64,000 bases of DNA from an uncultured Candidatus Micrarchaeota archaeon (lineage in GTDB: Archaea; Micrarchaeota; Micrarchaeia; Anstonellales; Bilamarchaeaceae), in the NCBI GenBank assembly GCA_963714085.1, contig OY970229.1, positions 100,849-164,848 of the forward strand, in the 5' to 3' direction. Within the stretch, counting starts at the first letter, position 1, and each line of letters begins with the position of its first letter. The position numbers and the translations under genes are program-made. Positions 56,609 to 64,000 of the stretch are shown in pieces. A model generated the notes under the pieces. It was not told the origin of the DNA, did not search any database, and saw nothing but the letters and a program-made list of their open reading frames with translations.

Positions 56609-57517
56609 CTAGACCACGGTTGTGTAGAACGCATCGTAGCCGATCTTCTTTATCGCCCGGATTATCTGCTCCGCGTGCTCCTGGTCCTTGGCCAGCGCGA
56701 TGCAGCATCCACCGCCGCCCCCGCCCGTCAGTTTGGCGCCGAGCGCGCCGGCGTCCAGCGCGGCCCTGTTTATCCTGTCGTTGTCCTCGATGGAGACGCC
56801 CAGCTCCGAGAGGAGCGACTGGTTCTGGTTCATTATCTTGCCGAACGCCTCGAGCTTCCCCCTCTCCAGGTCCGCCTTGGCGTTGTGGCAGAGCTCGCGC
56901 GCCTCGTCGAGAAGCTGCTGGAACCCGTCCTCGTCCTTCTCCTTGAACTCGTTGACAAACGCGACCATCTTCGCGGTCGCGCCGAACTTGCCCGTCATGC
57001 CCACGGCCAGGTGCAGGGGCAGGCCGAGCTGGAAGCGGTCCAGCACGTTGTCCGAGTAGGACTTGCCCTTCGTGAACATGATCACTCCCCCGTAGGTCGC
57101 CATGGCGTTGTCTATGCCGCTCGGGTTCCCGTGGAACACCTTCTCGCCCTCGTACGCGAAGCGGTTGACCTGCGCGTCGTTAAGGTCCAGGTGGTGGACA
57201 TAGGACATGTAGCGGACCAGCGCAACGGAGAACGCCGCGGACGAGCCCAGGCCCCCGTAGGTCGGCAGGTCGCTCTCCATGAAGACCTTGTACTTCTGCT
57301 TTATCCCCATGGCGTCGAGGATCGCGGCTATGGCGCGCCTGCTGATCTCCGGTACAACGTGGACGTCCGTGGATATGTCGTTGACCTGCGCCTCCTCGGC
57401 CCAGACGATCGCGCTGTTGGATATGCCCGCGGCTATCGCCGGGCTTCCGTGCACCACGAAGTGCTCCCCGCAGAGTATGATCTTCCCGTAGCCTATGCCT
57501 TTGACCATTGTAATCAC
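56609..57517 (-). CDS. mvk: Mevalonate kinase (GHMP kinase)
   Basis: GKIILCGEHFVVHG N-terminal motif. The GHMP motif is PTYGGLGSSAAFSVAL. Confidence 0.9.
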   Translation of the reverse strand: MITMVKGIGYGKIILCGEHFVVHGSPAIAAGISNSAIVWAEEAQVNDISTDVHVVPEISRRAIAAILDAMGIKQKYKVFMESDLPTYGGLGSSAAFSVALVRYMSYVHHLDLNDAQVNRFAYEGEKVFHGNPSGIDNAMATYGGVIMFTKGKSYSDNVLDRFQLGLPLHLAVGMTGKFGATAKMVAFVNEFKEKDEDGFQQLLDEARELCHNAKADLERGKLEAFGKIMNQNQSLLSELGVSIEDNDRINRAALDAGALGAKLTGGGGGGCCIALAKDQEHAEQIIRAIKKIGYDAFYTTVV

Positions 57518-58413
57518 GCCTTCGCTTTCCTTCCCCTCACCTTCGGGGGCTTTATGTCCGGATACGCGGACGAGAGCATCTCCGGGCTCGCGTAGGGCTT
57601 GAACCCCACTGTTTCGAACGTCTTGCAGATAACGTACGCGTCTGAGAGCCGCTCGCCCTTGAGCTCGGGCAGTATCACGCCCAAAGCTTCCACGAGGTTG
57701 CCGTAGGCCCTCCTTTTGCCGGACGCGGCCTTCGCGACCAGTGCGTCGTCCTTGACGGTCCCGCTCAGATCGAACGCCTTGTTCGCGGCGGTGTGGACCG
57801 CGCTCGCGAGCAGCGCGGAGACCTCGTAGTCCTTCACGTTATCCAGCCCGAGCTTCTTGATGCTTATCCAGCTCTTGTACTTGCCTACGAACATGATGAC
57901 GTCCCCGGCCTCCTCCTTGCTCGGGACGATGGACGTCTTGGCTATGGAATCGCCCATGCGGAAGCTCACCTTCGCCTCCGTGAGCAGCAGGTTGAAGAAG
58001 CAGGATTCGGCTGCAGGGAGTAATTGGATACGACCGGCATAAGCATTAAAACTCTTATCCTGGGCGATATTTATCGTCCCCCCATAGACAGGGCCTTGGC
58101 AGAATTTTTTCAGTTCCTCCTTGATTTGGCTCTGCGGACGGGATTTCAGGAACGCGATGACCGCCTTCAATCCTGTGCCGGACGGCTTGGCGTACGCCCT
58201 TATCCCCGCGACGTCTATGCCCGAGAGCGCGAACGCGTAAGGTTCGGCCGCGTCGCACACCGCGCCCAGCACCTTCGCGACCTCCGAGTCGTCAGCGGAC
58301 GCGAGCCCGTAGCGCAGCTCCTTCCGAAAATCCTTGTACGCCCCGGAGAGTATTATCTCGTCTTCGCCTTCCATCTTCCTGCCTCCGAATATGGATAGGA
58401 AGATGCCACGCAC
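57514..58413 (-). CDS. Hypothetical protein co-transcribed with mvk (4-nt overlap)
   Basis: 299 aa, no motif recognised. Its position immediately upstream of mvk suggests an isoprenoid-related role, but this is unsupported. Confidence 0.45.
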   Translation of the reverse strand: MRGIFLSIFGGRKMEGEDEIILSGAYKDFRKELRYGLASADDSEVAKVLGAVCDAAEPYAFALSGIDVAGIRAYAKPSGTGLKAVIAFLKSRPQSQIKEELKKFCQGPVYGGTINIAQDKSFNAYAGRIQLLPAAESCFFNLLLTEAKVSFRMGDSIAKTSIVPSKEEAGDVIMFVGKYKSWISIKKLGLDNVKDYEVSALLASAVHTAANKAFDLSGTVKDDALVAKAASGKRRAYGNLVEALGVILPELKGERLSDAYVICKTFETVGFKPYASPEMLSSAYPDIKPPKVRGRKAKA

Positions 58414-58483
58414 AATAATAAAAATCTACCCTTATAACAAAGACTGAAACAGCAGTCCACAGCGAGTGATGGGTTTTATTCAG

Positions 58484-58555
58484 GCCCTCGTAGCGCAGTG
58501 GTAGCGCGCGTCCTTGGTAAGGACGAGGTCACGAGTTCAAATCTCGTCGAGGGCT
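58484..58555 (+). tRNA. tRNA-Thr (anticodon GGU)
   Basis: Cloverleaf folded by hand. Acceptor GCCCTCG/CGAGGGC. D-arm GCGC-AGTGGTA-GCGC. Anticodon arm CGTCC-TTGGTAA-GGACG. T-arm ACGAG-TTCAAAT-CTCGT. Discriminator U. No encoded CCA. A T-rich tract follows. Confidence 0.9.
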
Positions 58556-58631
58556 TACTCCAGAACCAAACATGGGATGTTTTTGTTGGACGGCAGAGAG
58601 AAATTAAATATCTTTAGCAAGTAAGGAAAGT

Positions 58632-58991
58632 GTGGAAGAAAAAATTGAAGTGGCTGCGTTTCTGAAGTTACTCAAGCAGAAAACGAGAGATATAGTGTAT
58701 ACCAGGCACTCAATAGTCCAGGCCAGAAAAAGGAATCTGATCGGGGCAGAATTGGATAAGATAGATACGTTTGAATCAGACATCCAGAACACCCCGTATC
58801 TTGTTGTTGAGCAAGTCTCTGAACATCCCGATGAGCGCAAGTTTAAGGTCTTCTATCGGTCGCCAGTCGGGGGATTCTTATGCTATGTGTTTGCGTTGGA
58901 CGGGCAGATACGCGTTATAACTGCGCGCAGGGAAACGAAAAGCCTGCAAAAGAAGATTTTTAAAATAGAAAAGGAGAAAGGATATAGATGA
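58632..58991 (+). CDS. DUF4258-like putative toxin (GTG start)
   Basis: 119 aa. It lies immediately upstream of, and overlaps by 4 nt, a DUF2283-type gene. The locus is low-GC, next to the tRNA. Confidence 0.45.
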   Translation: MEEKIEVAAFLKLLKQKTRDIVYTRHSIVQARKRNLIGAELDKIDTFESDIQNTPYLVVEQVSEHPDERKFKVFYRSPVGGFLCYVFALDGQIRVITARRETKSLQKKIFKIEKEKGYR

Positions 58992-59317
58992 TGAAAAACA
59001 TAGAGTATGATTCCGATGCTGATGCGATCGCAGTACACGTAAGAAGGGAAAAATCAGACATAACCGCAGAGCTAACTGAGCACATCTCAATAGATATGAC
59101 TAACGGCGGGAAGGTTGTTGGTCTTGAGATACTGGATGCAAGTGAAGAGATTTCAAAACTGTTCGGCAGGATTGTCGGTAAAAAGGAAATCCAGCACCTA
59201 TTGTGCCAGGTAATCCAAAAACCCAACGACCAGTATCTGGTACAGTTCAAATCGCCCCAAAACAACCAGCTCGCTAATTTGTTGATTCCATTATACCGGA
59301 GCCCTTTAATCGCATAG
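58988..59317 (+). CDS. DUF2283-family putative antitoxin
   Basis: NIEYDSDADAIAVHVRREKSDITAELTEHISIDMTNGGKVVGLEILDASEEI matches the DUF2283 pattern (YD.eaDalyI...g.vvGiEIl.AS). Confidence 0.55.
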   Translation: MMKNIEYDSDADAIAVHVRREKSDITAELTEHISIDMTNGGKVVGLEILDASEEISKLFGRIVGKKEIQHLLCQVIQKPNDQYLVQFKSPQNNQLANLLIPLYRSPLIA

Positions 59318-59453
59318 ATTTCCATCGCACGAACAAGGAACTTGAACCCGGAGTACATATTCCGTCGAGGGCTTTTTCCATTCAAACCCCGTATTTTCCG
59401 GCATGACGAACCATTTTAAACACTAAAAGCCATAATGGCATACGTGAACTTGA

Positions 59454-60011
59454 ATGAAAACACTGGCCATAAAGCGTGATCCGTTCAAAGCGCCCAAGGG
59501 GATGGAGAGCGTATACGCGATCGTGCGCCAGCAGCAGAAGCGCGAGATGCTGCGCCTCGAGCCCGAGGCGCGCCTCGAATGCGCGCTGGCGGAGAGGCAG
59601 CTTGGAGACGCGGCGGCGGCAGAGCGGAAAAGCGCCGCGAAGACCCTCGGGAAGCTGCGTTATCTGCATTCTTTCGAGCCGCTCCTGCATGCCCTCGCAA
59701 GAGAAAACGCGCCGGGCGACGAAGGCCGGGCGGTGAAGGCCGCCATGCTCAAGGCCCTCCGGAACATCGGTTCCGACCATTGCTGCCATATTGCGCTGGA
59801 GGTCGGGCGCGTGCCGCTCAGGGACTTCGCCATGGCGCACCTGGACGACCACGTGCTCGTGGGAAGCGCCCTCAATGCACTGGCATCGACCTGCTTGAGG
59901 TGCGAATCGCTCGCGGACATGGAAAAAGTCATGAAGGCCGCGGATGAGAAAGGATATAGAGAGACCGGTATCGCGGCGGGCAGCATCTGGCTCGATACTT
60001 TGAGAGACTGA
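59454..60011 (+). CDS. HEAT/PBS-lyase-like repeat protein (paralogue 1 of 3)
   Basis: Repeats of the form ERKSAAKTLGKLRYLHSFEPLLHALARENAPGDEGRAVKAAMLKALRNIGSDH. A conserved upstream leader is present (see finding). Confidence 0.6.
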   Translation: MKTLAIKRDPFKAPKGMESVYAIVRQQQKREMLRLEPEARLECALAERQLGDAAAAERKSAAKTLGKLRYLHSFEPLLHALARENAPGDEGRAVKAAMLKALRNIGSDHCCHIALEVGRVPLRDFAMAHLDDHVLVGSALNALASTCLRCESLADMEKVMKAADEKGYRETGIAAGSIWLDTLRD

Positions 60012-60016
60012 TACCT

Positions 60017-61057
60017 ATGCCAACTTCATCCTTCAGACATCCCGGGCCCAAATCCCCTCCACCGATCGGATTGGAGCGCGAGCGCGCGATCCTGCGCTAT
60101 GCGCACGAGCGGGAGATGTGCCGGCTCCAGGGCCGGAACGGGATCTTGCAGGTCCGGGCGCAGAACAGGCTGTGGAGCGGAGTGGCGGCAGCGCGGAAGA
60201 GCGCCGCCAGGATCCTCGGGCGCCTGCGTTTCATCTATTCCTACGAGCCGCTCGTACAAGCCCTCGCCCGCGAATGCAAGTCCGGCGACGAAGGCAGCGC
60301 AGTGAAGGCCGCGATGCTGAAAAGCCTTGACAAGATCGGCTCCGAGCACTGCGGCCAGAAGACGCTCACTACCGGGCGCGAGCCGCTCAACGAGTTCATC
60401 ATGGCGCACCTGGACGACCACGTGCTCGTGAGAGCCGCCCTCAAGGCGTTGAGATGGACCGGCTCATTCGACGATACGATCCAGGACACGCGCAGTATCG
60501 AGGAGGCGGCCAGGGCTGCAGGATACGAAAAGAGCGCCGGTGTCGCGAGCAAGATCTATCTCGGCCGGATAGAGGCTGGGGCTGAGCTCACCCGGGCAGA
60601 GGCGGAGGTTTTACTTAGAAGCGCCGTGGCGGCAGAACGGAAGCGCGCCGCGAACAACCTCGGGCGACTGCATGATCTCCGTTCCTACCAACCGCTGCTC
60701 AATGCCCTTGCCCAGGAAAGCGGGCCCGCCTTCGGAAACCGGGAGGTGAAGGCCGCCATACTGGAAGCGCTTGAGAGCATCGGCGGAGAGCACGCCGGCC
60801 AGGCGGCGCTCGGTGCAGGGCGTGAGCCGCTCAAGAGGTTCAGCATGGCGCACCTGGACGACGCCGGACTGGTGAGGGCCGCCTTGGAAGCGTCGGGATG
60901 GACGGTTTCCATCACGGGGGACGCGATCCACGACCTGGACGAGGTCAAGGAAGCGGCGAGAAGCGCTGCAGCCAAAGGTGGCCCAGATGCGGAAAAATAC
61001 AGGGCGACTGCCACTGAGGCAACAGATATCTATTTCGACTGGATAAGATCCCGCTGA
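60017..61057 (+). CDS. HEAT/PBS-lyase-like repeat protein (paralogue 2; two tandem units)
   Basis: Unit 1 is RKSAARILGRLRFIYSYEPLVQALARECKSGDEGSAVKAAMLKSLDKIGSEH. Unit 2 is RKRAANNLGRLHDLRSYQPLLNALAQESGPAFGNREVKAAILEALESIGGEH. It starts 5 nt after paralogue 1. Confidence 0.6.
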   Translation: MPTSSFRHPGPKSPPPIGLERERAILRYAHEREMCRLQGRNGILQVRAQNRLWSGVAAARKSAARILGRLRFIYSYEPLVQALARECKSGDEGSAVKAAMLKSLDKIGSEHCGQKTLTTGREPLNEFIMAHLDDHVLVRAALKALRWTGSFDDTIQDTRSIEEAARAAGYEKSAGVASKIYLGRIEAGAELTRAEAEVLLRSAVAAERKRAANNLGRLHDLRSYQPLLNALAQESGPAFGNREVKAAILEALESIGGEHAGQAALGAGREPLKRFSMAHLDDAGLVRAALEASGWTVSITGDAIHDLDEVKEAARSAAAKGGPDAEKYRATATEATDIYFDWIRSR

Positions 61058-61133
61058 GACGCCCCGGGGCTTGGCCCGTCAAGAACGCAAGGTATTTAAA
61101 CACCAAAAGCCATAATAACATACGTGATAATGA

Positions 61134-61685
61134 ATGGGACAGGTAGCCGTCAAACGTCGTGAATCCAGAACGCCGCCTCCTGAAGGATTGGCGCGCGCGA
61201 TTCTGCGCGCACAACAAGAGCGGCAGCTGCGGCGCCTGGAGCCCGATGCGGGAGTTCAACGTGCCGGGGCCGAGAGCCTGCTGAAAGAAGGCACGACTGC
61301 GCAAAGGATAAGCGCCGCGGCCAGCCTCGGGAATCTGCGTTTTCTCTGCTCTTTCGAGCCCCTGCTCAATGCCCTCGCACGCGAAAGCGAACCTGGCTTC
61401 GGAGACCGGAGGGTGAAAACCGCCATACTCCAGGCTCTTGATAATGTCGGTTCCGAGCACGCCGGCCAGACGGCGCTCAGGACAGGGCATGAGCAGCTCA
61501 GGGGATTCATCAATGCGCATCTGTCCGACCCTGAACTCGTGGGAAAGGCCATGAAGGCGTTGGCATGGACTGGCAACAGGGCGGAGTCTATCCACGACGC
61601 GGACGACATCAAAAAGGCGGCTAGGAAGGCCGGATATAAAAGTACCGCCAGTGCGGCGAGCGCCGCCTATTTCAGCAGGATATGA
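61134..61685 (+). CDS. HEAT/PBS-lyase-like repeat protein (paralogue 3)
   Basis: QRISAAASLGNLRFLCSFEPLLNALARESEPGFGDRRVKTAILQALDNVGSEH. It is preceded by a second copy of the leader element. Confidence 0.6.
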   Translation: MGQVAVKRRESRTPPPEGLARAILRAQQERQLRRLEPDAGVQRAGAESLLKEGTTAQRISAAASLGNLRFLCSFEPLLNALARESEPGFGDRRVKTAILQALDNVGSEHAGQTALRTGHEQLRGFINAHLSDPELVGKAMKALAWTGNRAESIHDADDIKKAARKAGYKSTASAASAAYFSRI

Positions 61686-62626
61686 GCCGATTCCGGCTTG
61701 CCGCCTGCGCTCCGCATGATATCGAATATCCTTTTCTTCACTTCGTCATAGCCCACGGCAAGGAGGAATCTGTCGACTACTTCTGCCTTGAATTGCGCGC
61801 CGCGCTCACTCCGCGCGTCTTCCATGGCATCATCGAAAGATTTCACGCCGTGGTCGTATATCCTGTCGGACGTCATGGTGTCCAGGGCATCGCAAAAGCA
61901 GGTGATTGACGCACCGATGGATATGCCGCCTCTCTTGATCTTGCCCGGATACCCTTCACCATCATCCCTCTCATGATGGTGTAAAACGATGTCGGCTATC
62001 GTGTCACGGTGCGCGGGATCGATGCCGGCAAGCGAAGCGAAGACCGCGAGCAGGATGGCCCCGCCATAAATCGGATGCATGTTGATGATGCTGATTTGCG
62101 GTTTTGTCAGCGTTTCATCCTCGCGCAGGATGTGCCCCGGCACCGCAGCCTTCCCGATGTCGTGCATCAGAGCCCCGAGCAGCTGCAAGGCGCGTTCCGA
62201 CTCGTTCACAGACATCTGGTCCAGCAGCATCTCGGCGTATTGCATGGTGCGGTGCTGATGGCCGTAATAGCCGAAGCACGTCCTTTCAGCGATGTCTAGA
62301 AGCGGGATCAGCAGTTTGGCTGCCGCATCGACCGTCCTTTCGTCCCAGATGGTATCGCCCAGTGCGCGGAAATCATGGTCCATGGCTCCGAGAATGGGCA
62401 GCCTGCTGCTCATGGCCTTGGAGATGAACCCGCTGTTCCTGCCCCTGTCGCCCCTCTTGGTGAGCCAGGTCGTGTCATCTGCGTTCTCCCTGACACCCGG
62501 GATCTGTTTAGCCTGGACGATGCGGATGACGGGCTCGACCAGACCAGCGAAGTCCGTCGAGATCTTCTGTCCCATGGTTTCCATGGTTTTAAGATTCGGA
62601 CGGGAGGGCTTCTGTGAAACGCGCAT
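61667..62626 (-). CDS. HD-GYP domain phosphohydrolase (cyclic-dinucleotide phosphodiesterase family)
   Basis: LMHDIGKAAVP is the HD motif. VLHHHERDDGEGYPGK is HHExxDGxGYP. No receiver domain. Confidence 0.75.
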   Translation of the reverse strand: MRVSQKPSRPNLKTMETMGQKISTDFAGLVEPVIRIVQAKQIPGVRENADDTTWLTKRGDRGRNSGFISKAMSSRLPILGAMDHDFRALGDTIWDERTVDAAAKLLIPLLDIAERTCFGYYGHQHRTMQYAEMLLDQMSVNESERALQLLGALMHDIGKAAVPGHILREDETLTKPQISIINMHPIYGGAILLAVFASLAGIDPAHRDTIADIVLHHHERDDGEGYPGKIKRGGISIGASITCFCDALDTMTSDRIYDHGVKSFDDAMEDARSERGAQFKAEVVDRFLLAVGYDEVKKRIFDIMRSAGGKPESAHILLK

Positions 62627-62729
62627 CTGTCTGCACCTGGGCCATATGGTGTTTTATAGTAAATAAATGTGTAATAGTATTTTTAAAGTAGTGGGGTGAT
62701 GCATGCCTGGGAGGCGTGCCGCGCCGAGC

Positions 62730-63701
62730 TCACTGCACGAGCTCGTACACCACGGTGATGGAGCTGCTCATCTGCGTGGTGGTCGGGAAGATCTCGGTCG
62801 GCACTGCGGGAGGCGCTGCGGTCCCTGCGGACTGATACGCGTAGACCGGATATACCGGGTAGTAGTTCGGGTTCACGGAGATTATCTTGCCGAGGCTCGC
62901 GCCCAGCCCGCTGGCGATGTCCTCCCCCTTGGTCTTGGCGTTCGCCGCGGCCTCTGCCTGGAGCTCGGAATCCACCGTATTGCTCATCGCGTCGCTCACG
63001 GAGAAGTAAACGTAATCCACGGATGTCGAGTTCGAGGCTTTCAGCGCGGCGTCCACATATGCGCCGCCATCGCTCGTATTCGCGCTCTGGACCTCTATGG
63101 ACTGGACGGTCTCGTATCCGACTATCGCGCAGCTGCCCAGGGTCTGGCATGGAACTGGCGGAGACGGTACTGGATAACCCGGGGAGACTATCACTCCGGA
63201 AGATGTCGTGCCTGAGGCTCCGGAAGAGGTGCCGGTTCCAGAGACGGCTTCGGGCACCGGAGCGGAACCTTCGCTCGCGCCGTTCGACGGGACAGCCACT
63301 CCGCTGCCGTACGAGTAGTATTGCTGGGTGTAGCAGGAGGAGCAGGACTGGTTGTAGACCGGGGACGTGTAATACGAGACGGTCTGTATCTCCGACTCGT
63401 TCAATCCGGCAGCGAGCAGGGTCGCCTTCACCGCCGCGGTCTGCGCGGCGTTGTCCGACTGCGAGCTCGATGTGTCGTTATCGATAGTGGTTATCGTCAG
63501 CCCGACGTCGATGACGTCCGGGGACACGGTCTGCGACGCCTCGCCGGTGACGGTTATCGTCGCCGGCTGCGCGCTCAGGTTCGTCTGGTTGGCTGGCGGG
63601 ACAACAATTGTGGCCGGAGCCTTGGCCAGGTAATAAGTGAGCCCTGCGGTCAGCAGGACGACAATTATGATCCCCACGACAAGCATCGAGTTTTCAGCCA
63701 T
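62730..63701 (-). CDS. Membrane-anchored SIMPL/DUF541-domain protein
   Basis: N-terminal TM helix. ITVTGEASQTVSPDVIDVGLTITT is the DUF541 opening. Ser/Thr/Gly-rich linker. Confidence 0.55.
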   Translation of the reverse strand: MAENSMLVVGIIIVVLLTAGLTYYLAKAPATIVVPPANQTNLSAQPATITVTGEASQTVSPDVIDVGLTITTIDNDTSSSQSDNAAQTAAVKATLLAAGLNESEIQTVSYYTSPVYNQSCSSCYTQQYYSYGSGVAVPSNGASEGSAPVPEAVSGTGTSSGASGTTSSGVIVSPGYPVPSPPVPCQTLGSCAIVGYETVQSIEVQSANTSDGGAYVDAALKASNSTSVDYVYFSVSDAMSNTVDSELQAEAAANAKTKGEDIASGLGASLGKIISVNPNYYPVYPVYAYQSAGTAAPPAVPTEIFPTTTQMSSSITVVYELVQ

Positions 63702-63772
63702 TTTTATCTCCGCATGGCTAACGCAGCGGATATTTAAATGATGAAGGAATTGCTTCGGCCGGCGCCGAAAGC

Positions 63773-64000
63773 CTAGTCCGCGATGGAGATGTACCCGTCT
63801 TCGGCCAGCTTCTTAAGCTCGACGCGGATCGCGTGCATGAGGAACGCGTGCTTCGTTCCGAGCTCGTCCGCTGGCGCGTTGTCGAGGGAGCGGTTGTCGC
63901 TCAGCATGCTGTACGCGCTTGCGAGATGGCCCAGCGCATCGACGCATACGACCAGTTGCGGAATCGGCGTGCTCAGGTGCTCAGCCAGGATCGCATGGAT
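63773..64000 (-). CDS. C-terminal fragment of an unknown protein (gene continues beyond the window end)
   Basis: The open minus-strand frame ...LKKLAEDGYISIAD* ends at the TAG at 63775..63773. Confidence 0.4.
   Translation of the reverse strand: MHAILAEHLSTPIPQLVVCVDALGHLASAYSMLSDNRSLDNAPADELGTKHAFLMHAIRVELKKLAEDGYISIAD

Noticed and set aside
56620-57595. Plus-strand ORFs antisense to mvk
   Set aside because: Mevalonate kinase motifs define the minus strand as coding. The plus-strand translations are Arg/Pro-rich.
57514-58413. Assigning the mvk-linked 299-aa protein to a known mevalonate-pathway enzyme (PMK, IDI, or decarboxylase)
   Set aside because: No P-loop, GHMP or FMN-binding motifs are visible. 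Left as hypothetical.

Overview
This 64-kb window is archaeal chromosome. Archaeal-specific or archaeal-typical genes lie throughout: Alba, an ABCE1 homologue with an Fe-S domain, an HTH_10 regulator, AglH, class-I HMG-CoA reductase, and the alternative mevalonate pathway (AcnX large and small subunits, a UbiD-like gene, UbiX, IPK, MVK). There is also an intron-containing tRNA candidate, and promoters are of the leaderless TATA-box (TTTATAA) type. GC content is about 58%, apart from a low-GC islet after tRNA-Thr.

The first 6.7 kb is the 5' part of one giant minus-strand gene that the ORF track omits because it has no stop inside the window. It encodes a signal peptide, three NosD-like beta-helix modules and at least ten near-identical 240-bp HYR/Ig-like repeats.

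The rest mixes housekeeping genes with a large accessory component:
- Housekeeping: an extracytoplasmic thiol-redox cluster, IlvE, Nth, Lrp, and SPFH proteins.
- Bacterial-type acquisitions: two tandem sigma-70 family genes, one SLT-like lytic-transglycosylase protein and one GH19-like chitinase/lysozyme-like protein, an HD-GYP phosphodiesterase, and lipobox lipoproteins.
- Eukaryote-like genes: two ankyrin-repeat proteins, one fused to a CHAT/caspase-like domain.
- Several sets of tandem paralogues, each with a strongly conserved promoter-like upstream element: an A1/A2 + B1/B2 methyltransferase cassette, three HEAT-repeat proteins, and two SPFH proteins.

The most unusual content is the pair of diverged sigma-70 homologues with novel N-terminal repeat domains. 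They are driven by a duplicated archaeal-type promoter and embedded between isopentenyl phosphate kinase and endonuclease III. Together with the peptidoglycan-degrading enzymes and the giant adhesin, this suggests an archaeon that interacts with, or preys on, bacteria.
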